This document shows, piece after piece, positions 54,911-64,000 of a stretch of DNA of 64,000 nucleotides. Each line of letters starts with the position of its first letter. Within the stretch, counting starts at the first letter, position 1. Source of the stretch: Eledone cirrhosa (Eukaryota); NCBI GenBank assembly GCA_964016885.1, contig OZ024743.1:117924001-117988000 (forward strand). The letters run 5' to 3'. Under the pieces are notes generated by a model, which had not been told where the DNA came from, made no database searches, and saw only the letters and a list, made by a program, of their open reading frames with translations. The position numbers and the translations under genes are program-made.

Positions 54911-55624
54911 TTATTATTATTGAAGTTTATCCATGCTCTTTTTGATCTTCAAGATGGTCTGTCTGAATAAATACACCAAAGAGAGAACCACGAGACAGAA
55001 AGCACACAATAGCAAAGAAAAAATAAATACAGAACAAACTCAACTAAAATATCAAAAATTCATCCATTATTAAAGCAGGAAGAGAAAAACAACAATAACA
55101 TCAACAACAACAACTAGTAAAGCCAAAAACGAAAATAAACGTTTTTAAAAAAAGAAAAAAGAAATAAAATAAAAGTGAGGTCAAACTTAAGTATGGCACT
55201 GTAAATGTTAGAAACAGAACACATTAAAGATTATAAGAAAAAAAACAAGTTAAAATTTCAATTGTTCTGTTATGTCAAATTAAAATGACAACCAATGAGA
55301 ATAATTGTGTTTTTGAATTTAGAAATGTATATATAAATAAATTGTCTTTTAAAAATCGTAATGATTAAACTTTCCGCTATATAAACACGTGGCAAAAAAT
55401 ACACATTTAAGAACATACATACATACATGCAAATATACATCCATACATACATAAATACATACATATACAAATACATGCAAAGGTACATACATATATACGT
55501 ATAATGTCTCTACGTGAAGTGAAGATATTTTTAAAGTGAGGGAAGACTGTGCACTGAGCCAATCCCACTCTCTGGGCGACAGTAGCTATAACCCGAAAAG
55601 AAGAAAATATCAACATCATCGGTA

Positions 55625-55958
55625 ACTACTGAGCCGCAGGTTTTATATCAGAGTTATCCCAGTTTCCTGAGTTGCCTTCTCCTAGAAGAATGCCCTGACA
55701 AAAGCAGAGGTCCTTCACTCCCACTGGTTTAACCGCGCGGTACGTGTGTATATGCATATTTACACGCTTGTGGATGGTCGTTGACTCTTATAAGTTCTTC
55801 CGCCCTTTGTCAGGTTTTGTTTTTTGTCCTGCAGGGTGTCCAGCATCACCCTCCTCACCAAGTAAACTTGGTGGGGTTGTCGGTTTAGTCGCCGACGATC
55901 CGACCATGCGACAGTTTGTACTGGGTTACATGTTACCAGTAGCACTCAAGAGTGACCC
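55625..55958 (-). mobile_element. Element resembling an RTE-type 5' UTR
   Basis: Minus-strand ggcgactaaacc..ccacc..ggtgaggaggg and ctaggagaaggcaactc motifs recalled from RTE 5' UTRs; adjoins (TACA)n. Confidence 0.4.
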
Positions 55959-56508
55959 GACATACATACATACATACATACATACATACATACATACATA
56001 CATACATAGATACATACATACATACATACATACATACATACATACATACATACATACATACATACATTATATAGGGCGGTGAAGTGTTAAGAGTGGTTAG
56101 AGCTTCGAAAAGAAACTTTGCGGTATTCCCTGTCGGTGTCTGCATTTTGAGTTCAAATCCCATCGTTCAGAAATTTAATTTAAAACTTTCCTTTTCAATG
56201 TTATATATGCGTGTGTTGATATTATATAAAATCCAACTGAGATCAACTAATCTTTTCATATTTCGATATAAATAAATAAAGTACCATGCCTATACTAGGA
56301 TCCATTCTCTGTCGTATTTCACAATGGCACCTTATGCCTCAAATAGCGACAAGCTTCGCAGATGTGACAGTGAAGTAGTTGTTTTGATATGATACTTGAC
56401 AAACAGGCTGAAAATGGATGGTTCACATTTTGTCATTGTAAATATGCTGTACCATGTACATGATAACAACGCTGTCAATCACAGAGGATTCGAAAAATAC
56501 CCACACGT

Positions 56509-56567
<59 letters not shown>

Positions 56568-56572
<5 letters not shown>

Positions 56573-56845
56573 TCATCATCACCAGCATCAGGTCGAGCTT
56601 GCTCGGCTTTCTACCACACGTTTCCTCCATCCATCTCTGTCTCTCATAGCGTTTGCCAGTTCTTCCGCAGTGCATCCAGTATCGTCCACAAGTTGCTTGA
56701 CGTATGTCTTCTTGGGACGACCAGCGTTTCTTGCTCCATGAGATGGACTCCATAACAACACATCACCTGCTATTTCTTCCTTGCTGCGCCAATAGTGGCC
56801 AGCAAATCTGAGTCTCTGTCCACGTATTGACCTGCTGATAGGCCA
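56568..56845 (-). mobile_element. 3' terminal fragment of an RTE/RTEX LINE with (GAT)n tail, within (TA)n
   Basis: Minus-strand QRLRFAGHYWRSKEE...GRPKKTYVKQLVDDTG...AMRDRDGWRKRV*, then gatgatgat. Confidence 0.8.
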
Positions 56846-56861
56846 TATATATATATATATA

Positions 56862-57030
56862 TGGGGTCCTACTCGTTCCTATTACCCACTCTACTACCCT
56901 AAGTATTGAGTACTTTGGTGCGTTATGGTGGGGGTCCTACTCGTTCCTATTACCCACTCTACTATCCTAAGCATTGAGTACTTTGGTGCGTTATGGTCCA
57001 CATGGTTCCTTACCACATTTCCTTCGTTAT
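56862..57030. repeat. (TA)n-embedded repeat with 68-bp tandem duplication
   Basis: 56862-56929 is repeated at 56930-56997; similar to 52970-53045. Confidence 0.8.
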
Positions 57031-57100
57031 ATATATATATATATATATATAGTAATAATAATAAATTGAAGACTAAAATCCAAAGATATATATATATATA

Positions 57101-57648
57101 TAAATGGAATAGAATGAAACGAAATTTCATTTCTCATTCTTAGTACGGGACTAATATATACATGCTACTGTACGTCTGTATACATATATGCATGTACGTA
57201 TACATACATACATACTTACATTTAAGTAAGTACCGTACTAAGAGTGAGATATGAAATTTTGATTCATTCTATTCCATTTATCGTTTTCGGTGTGCCCGGC
57301 CGACTGAAAGGCTGCTCAGCCGTTAATATGTATAAGAAAAATATAAACTTTAAGACGTTCAACCATCTGGCAGGAAAGTATACGATGCTGACGAGAGCTA
57401 ATAAGCTTGAAACTAGTACATCGTTCCTGTGTCAGTGTTGATCAAAAGGGTGACGTGGTTGCCTAAACACTGTACAGCGTAATTCGGGCTGTTTGTTTGT
57501 TTACAAACAAACAAACCGAGAATTATAATAAATGTTCGGTAAACCGATACGTGCATATATATATGTGTGCAGGTATGTATATATATACATACTACTGTAC
57601 GTCTGTATACATATATGTATGTACGTATACATACATACATACTTACAT
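57101..57648 (+). mobile_element. Retrozyme-like unit: 427-nt monomer with 68-nt terminal direct repeat and 5' inversion
   Basis: DR 57154-57221 = 57581-57648; IR 57101-57148 / 57233-57280; hammerhead inside; (TA)n on both sides. Confidence 0.65.
57382..57424 (+). ncRNA. Minimal type I hammerhead ribozyme
   Basis: ACGATG-CTGACGA-GAGCT-aata-AGCTT-GAAA-CTAG-TA-CATCGT: 6-bp stem I, 5-bp stem II, ACTAGT palindrome, GUA site. Confidence 0.85.
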
Positions 57649-57732
57649 ATATATATATATAAAAACAAATAACGAAACGAAATTAAATTTCGTTTCGTTT
57701 GTAACTCACTTTTGTATGACTGACGCTTAAAC

Positions 57733-58304
57733 AATTAAGTTAAAAATGTACATCCACATATGTATACTGAAATACTAGTATGCATATGAATACACACACG
57801 TGTACATATGTAGATGTACCGAGTTTTTCACTGGTCACTTTACTGTGAGTGTCCAGCTATTCTGTATGTAAACACACAGACAAACCGGTTTTTAGAGTCA
57901 TACTGGTTTTTGAGGAAACACCTTTCCTCTATTCTCCAGAAAGCCAGACAAGGAATATTGGACTAGTTTCGATGTTGTTACATCTCATCAGCAATATTTA
58001 CCTATCTTCCGGCCTTTCTAGAGAATCGTAAAAGCACATATCGTTATATGCTTTTTCTATGAAAATTAGTAGTGGGCAGACTAATTTGTCTGGCTTTCTG
58101 GAGAATAGAGGAAAGGTGTTTCCTCAAAAACCAGTATGACTCTAAAAACCGGTTTGTCTGTGTGTTTACATACAGAATAGCTGGACACTCACAGTAAAGT
58201 GACCAGTGAAAAACTCGGTACATCTACATATGTACACGTGTGTGTATTCATATGCATACTAGTATTTCAGTATACATATGTGGATGTACATTTTTAACTT
58301 AATT
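57733..58304. repeat. Fold-back element (219 bp arms 57733-57951 / 58086-58304) with a hammerhead in the spacer
   Basis: Arms read as perfect reverse complements; (TA)n on the right. Confidence 0.93.
57954..57998 (-). ncRNA. Minimal type I hammerhead ribozyme
   Basis: AATATTG-CTGATGA-GATG-taacaa-CATC-GAAA-CTAG-TC-CAATATT: full consensus core, G10.1-C11.1, GUC site. Confidence 0.9.
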
Positions 58305-58357
58305 ATATATATATACATATGTATATATGTATATATATATATATATTTATGTATGTA

Positions 58358-58418
<61 letters not shown>

Positions 58419-58501
58419 ATATATATATATATGTATATATATATGTATATATATATATATATTTATGTATGTATATATGTATATATATATGTATATATGT
58501 A

Positions 58502-58533
<32 letters not shown>

Positions 58534-58647
58534 GATATAGATACATGTTTATATATATATATATGTATGTGTATATGTATATATATATATATATATGTTT
58601 ATATGTATATATATATATATATATGTATATCTATATATATATGTATA

Positions 58648-58716
<69 letters not shown>

Positions 58717-58753
58717 GTGTGTGTGTGTATATATATATGTGTGTATATATATA
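58305..58753. repeat. Degenerate (TA)n/(TATG)n tract
   Basis: Direct inspection; it produces the spurious N-terminus of ORF 58278-60185. Confidence 0.95.
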
Positions 58754-60193
58754 CGACATGAAGGCTTGGGTTAATGTCGGAGGTAACATGTCGGAGCCTA
58801 TCTCAGTAAAAAATGGAGTGAAACAGGGGGATATTCCAGCACCGACCCTGTTTGCCATATACTTTGCAATGGTTTTCTGTGTTGCATTCAGGAATTGCGA
58901 GCATGGTGTTTACATCCGATATCGAACCTCAGGCAGCATATTTAACATCAGGCGCTTTGCTGCGAAGACAAAGGTATTTACATCGGTCATAAGAGACCTC
59001 TTGTATGCAGATGATTGCGATCTTGTAGCGCACACAGAGAGTGATATGCAGCACATTTTGAATGTATTTTCTGACGCTTGCACTGCCCTGGGTTTGACTG
59101 TCAGTCTCAAGAAAACCGTCGTCATGTACCAACCTGCACCTGGTAGGCAGTACACTGAACCAAACATCTATGTGTATGGCAAACGACTTGGAGTGGTTGA
59201 TCAGTTTGTCTACCTGGGAAGCACTGTCAATCGATACGGCAACCTTGACAGTGAAATCTCACTTAGGATTAGGAAAGCAAGTGATGCTTTCGGAAAGCTA
59301 GAAAGGCGACTCTGGGGTCGGCGAGACATATGCAGGAGGACAAAGGTAAGGGTGTACAGGGCATGTGTACTCTCTTGTCTTCTTTATGCCTGCGAGACCT
59401 GGGTCACATATCGACGCCACCTTAGGCAATTGGAGCGTTTCCATCAGATGTGTCTCAGACGGATACATGGCGTTCGCTGGAGGGACCACATCAGTGATGT
59501 CGAGATTTTGGAAAGCTCTATGTGTGACAGTATAGAAGCTCTTGTGCTTAAGCAGCGACTCCGTTGGAGTGGTCACCTTGCCAGGATGAAGGATTCTAGA
59601 ATACCAAAACAACTCTTCTATGGAGAGTTGGTTAAAGGAAAACGACCGCCACATAAACCAAAAAAGAGGTATAAGGATTCCTTGAAGGCCTCTCTGAAAG
59701 ACGCTAACATCTCTGCTGATACATGGGAAAATATTGCTGCTGATCGTAATAAATGGAGAAAGACTGTATATGAAGGAAAAGTTGCCTTTGAGGCATCTCG
59801 AATCGCACACGAGAAAGTAAAGCGGGACGTGAGGAAGGGTATTGCTGTTGCACTTCCAGACGGCGAGGGTCCTCCTATGTTTCTGACATGCAGCGTCTGT
59901 GCGAGACTCTGCCTAAGCAAAGCTGGACTCGAAAGTCATCTTCGCAGTCATAAAGTAAGACCAGTGGTTGACTACCAGGCTGCTGTTGGAGATGCTACTC
60001 ATCATGCTTGCCAAACATGTGGTAGAGAATGTAAATCAGCAGGAGGACTCAAGCGACATGCAAAAGTACACGAACTCCAACCACAGCCGACTATTCCCAG
60101 TAAATGTTTTGGTTGCCGACTCTGTGCAAGACATTTTAGATCATTGGCTGGGCTAAAAAGCCACATTCGATCGCAGCACTGTTAGTTGCTATC

Positions 60194-60233
<40 letters not shown>

Positions 60234-60312
60234 GCTTATGTGCGTGCGTGTGTGTGTATATATATATGAATATGTATATTATTGTTGTTGTTGTCGTTAT
60301 TAATATTATTGC

Positions 60313-60358
<46 letters not shown>

Positions 60359-60480
60359 GTTATTAATGTATGTGTGTATATATGTGTGAGTGTATGTGTA
60401 TGTATGTGTGTGTGTATATATGTATGTATGTGTATGTATGTGTGTGTGTATATATATGTGTATGTATATATATGTGTATA

Positions 60481-60513
<33 letters not shown>

Positions 60514-60545
60514 CTTTTCCCTTTTTTTTTTTTTTTTTTTTTTTC

Positions 60546-60599
<54 letters not shown>

Positions 60600-60663
60600 T
60601 TTTTTTTTTTTTTTATTTTTTATTGTGCAATGGCCATACTCGATAACGAGGGGGCAGCCATCA
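58754..60663 (+). mobile_element. RTE (BovB-like) LINE, 5'-truncated, young
   Basis: Intact frame 58755-60185; RTE-like 3' terminus atggccatactcgataacgagggggcagccatca at ~60629-60663; (TA)n on both sides. Confidence 0.85.
58755..60185 (+). CDS. RTE ORF, C-terminal ~476 aa (RT + three C2H2 zinc fingers)
   Basis: [56 protein letters not shown]; three CxxC..H...H motifs. Confidence 0.9.
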   Translation, partial: DMKAWVNVGGNMSEPISVKNGVKQGDIPAPTLFAIYFAMVFCVAFRNCEHGVYIRYRTSGSIFNIRRFAAKTKVFTSVIRDLLYADDCDLVAHTESDMQHILNVFSDACTALGLTVSLKKTVVMYQPAPGRQYTEPNIYVYGKRLGVVDQFVYLGSTVNRYGNLDSEISLRIRKASDAFGKLERRLWGRRDICRRTKVRVYRACVLSCLLYACETWVTYRRHLRQLERFHQMCLRRIHGVRWRDHISDVEILESSMCDSIEALVLKQRLRWSGHLARMKDSRIPKQLFYGELVKGKRPPHKPKKRYKDSLKASLKDANISADTWENIAADRNKWRKTVYEGKVAFEASRIAHEKVKRDVRKGIAVALPDGEGPPMFLTCSVCARLCLSKAGLESHLRSHKVRPVVDYQAAVGDATHHACQTCGRECKSAGGLKRHAKVHELQPQPTIPSKCFGCRLCARHFRSLAGLKSHIRSQHC

Positions 60664-60667
60664 TATA

Positions 60668-61032
<365 letters not shown>

Positions 61033-61053
61033 ATAATAACTTGTGTGTTACAC

Positions 61054-61139
<86 letters not shown>

Positions 61140-61708
61140 GTATTAATAAATATAAAATGTGGGATATATTAAATATTATCCAATTACAAGTATGAGAATA
61201 GCTCAATGTAAAATAAGTATATTACAAAGCCGTTTAGAATGTTTCATCACTTACGATCGTTTTATCCTAGCACAAAGACGATCTCATCGGTGTATATAAT
61301 AATGGTTAAATCACAAATATATTATCAGAAGTTTGTCATAAGAACATTTTGAGGATTCATAATATGGGAAGTAAGCATAAGTATCAACATTTATATAAGA
61401 AATGATAGCAAAGCATATGAAAAATATGAACATATAAATGCAATAAAATGAAATTAGGAGCAGCTAAAAGCATTAAAAATGTTTAAAGCATGCAGGTATA
61501 GAGAAACACGCTGCTATAAAGAAGTTAAGTATAGTGCAGAACATATATCATAATTAGTAAATAAACATATATCATAAGCATTACAAAAATTTATAAAGTT
61601 AATAAGAGCATGTGTGCAGTTCAAATATAAATTTAAGTATATGAAAATACATCTCCAAAATATATTTTAAATAAAAAGTTTGACTGCGTCATTCAGTCAT
61701 AATTGTTC

Positions 61709-61833
<125 letters not shown>

Positions 61834-62299
61834 TAAGAAACGAATGGAGCTGTGTGGTTACTGTAAACAAAGTTTAAGATGGTAGTATGGACGAAACAAA
61901 AGAAAATAAATCCTTGATCGGCTATAAAACAGTGATCAAATGTTTTGGCGCTTAATATAGGACATCTAAAACGATCATCGGTGCGCCCAAGGCCTTTTCT
62001 CAATCAAAAGGCCAGGAGGGAAAGAAAAGAAAAGGGAAGGAAATATATATACATATACCAGCTAGATGTTTCTACGAGTCCTGTTGCTGAGAACACGTGG
62101 AAGAACAGTTCTCCGAGGTGTAGACAGACTTTCGAAATGAGATCAGATCTTCAACATCAAGAACAGTATAGAAAAAGCACCTGAGTACAATGTTCCCCTG
62201 TGTATGGCCTTCTTTGATTACAACTCTCCAGGCTGTGAACTGTACTGATGAAGATGAGAGATAACTCTACTGTACTTAACCCACTGAAAAAACTGTGCA

Positions 62300-63190
62300 G
62301 GGGTTAATGTGACAGACAATCTGACGAAGCGTTTTGCAATCTGGAAATGTTTGTGGCAGGGCAGACTATTGGCAGCAACGTACTACAAGGTCTACTTGGA
62401 AGAGGCAATAAAACAATCAACAAGCGATCCAACTTGGATAGAAGTACCATTGGTGGCCAGAATTTCAACAATTTTCTCATTGCTCGTGATATTGTGCTTA
62501 CAACATCGGCTGAGACACTCCAAAGACTGCTTGATTGCGTGGAATAGGTCTCTGGTGAGTATCAGCTTGTGATCATCACCAGGAAAACGAGAGACATGGC
62601 AGCCATTAGGAAACTGATGCAGCTGGGCATTTAACTTCGAGAAGTCACGCTAGCTCAAGAGGAAAACTTCAAATACCTGGGAACCATCATTGTTCAAACA
62701 GTAAATGATAGTGACGAGATCAGGGCACAGCTAGGGGCAAGGGGTGTGCATTACGGTCCCTCATCTCCCAATAACAAGCTGAAACTTCTTAAGGTATTAT
62801 GTTTGGCCGGTGGGACTGTATGGCAGAGAAACCTGTACACTGAAAACCATCGACGTTAAGAAATTATTGTCGTTTGAGACAACATATCACAGGTGGACAC
62901 TAGACAAGAACTAGATGGCCCACAGCATCAACAAGACGGTCATGGGGGCGATGGGAACAGAGAGACAGAGCGACGCGATAATACGGCAGCGAAGGCTACA
63001 ATACTTAGGTCATATCACCAGGCCGCAGAACATCTGCCCCCACATCCTGGAGAGACGCATCCTCATTGGTGACTATTGCAAGAAAGGCGAAAGAGAAGTA
63101 TTGGCAATAGTAAATGGATGTGAAGAACACTGGCGGAGTGCACCGTAGTGGCGAGAGGGAGGAACCAGTGTATTGGTGTACTTGTCCATG
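62300..63190 (+). mobile_element. Highly decayed RTE LINE relic
   Basis: Fragments EENFKYLGT..DEIRAQLG, YGRETCTLK..KKLLSFE, IIRQRRLQYLGHITR. Confidence 0.7.
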
Positions 63191-63688
63191 ATATCTTAAC
63201 CTCTGTAACTATTACTGCTACGATCTCGGCACCCTAAGCGTACCACTAATTTTCCATCGTTATATTTTTACCTTTGTGTTTACCTTTCTGTTCACCTTAT
63301 ATTCAAATTATATGCATGAGTAGATGCAGATATCTCCCACACTTTTTATATCCACTTAAATCCTCGATGGATCTTGTATGAGTATCTGTATGGTAACACA
63401 TGGTACACACCTGAACTGTAAGAGTCAGACAATGTACACTGATATCTACCTCTTTCCGTATGAATGCGTGTGTATTCATATGTGTCTAGATACTTAAGTG
63501 TACAAAAGATATACTTAAGTGTACAAAAGTGGCTTTTCATGTGATAATGTATATATACATATATATATGTATGTGTGTTTGTGTATGTGAGTGTGGGTTT
63601 GTGTGTGTGAGTGTGTGTTTGTGTGTTTGCATGGTGTGACCCAGCATGGCCTCAGTCGGATGGCTGGAATAGGTAAAAGAGTAAAAGA

Positions 63689-63807
<119 letters not shown>

Positions 63808-63830
63808 CATATATATATATATATATATAT

Positions 63831-63960
63831 AAGTGGTTACACAACAGTTAGGTCACCATACTGAGAGCAATTGTTTCTCCTTAGCGGATCCTCCTCTAAG
63901 GATCCGCTAAGATGAAACAATCGTTCTCGGTATGGTGAACTAACTGTTGTGTAACCACTT
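63831..63960. repeat. Fold-back element (~62 bp arms) after (TA)n with hammerhead-like centre
   Basis: aagtggttacacaacagttag / ctaactgttgtgtaaccactt; centre CTAAGGA-TCCgctaagat-GAAACAATCGTT, opposite arm GAAACAATTG. Confidence 0.8.
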
Positions 63961-64000
63961 TAGTAATTTCAAAAATTTCTTGGGAACACTCTTTTCTATT

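Noticed and set aside
58278-58754. N-terminal ~160 aa of the 635-aa ORF
   Set aside because: A stop-free (TA)n tract fused by chance to the truncated RTE frame.
61215-61300. Minus-strand CCGATGA...GAAACA...TGTA hammerhead-like string
   Set aside because: Core mismatch, irregular stem II and poor stem I; at best a decayed copy.

Overview
AT-rich, microsatellite-dense eukaryotic (animal) DNA made almost entirely of repeats. The SINE family and (TA)n/(CA)n load resemble octopus/coleoid cephalopod genomes (inference from recognition, not a search). Contents: two head-to-tail, near-complete Tx1/L1-type LINEs with (TTA)n tails (1-11310) plus three older relics; a 5'-truncated Penelope-like element (PLE) with Naiad-type motifs (RT + GIY-YIG, minus strand, ~28.8-31.4 kb); a young 5'-truncated RTE LINE with three C-terminal C2H2 fingers; RTE/RTEX and R4/Dong-like relics; mariner and hAT miniature derivatives; about 20 tRNA-derived SINE copies; and possibly a few exons of an unrecognised minus-strand gene. 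The main hidden signal is a set of about 11 short fold-back (inverted-repeat) insertions of unrelated sequence families, nearly all adjoining (TA)n tracts. Most carry minimal type I hammerhead ribozyme motifs (CUGANGA...GAAA-palindromic stem III-NUH), either complete or broken at the fold-back point. One hammerhead unit also has a retrozyme-like greater-than-unit-length structure. All folds were derived by eye.
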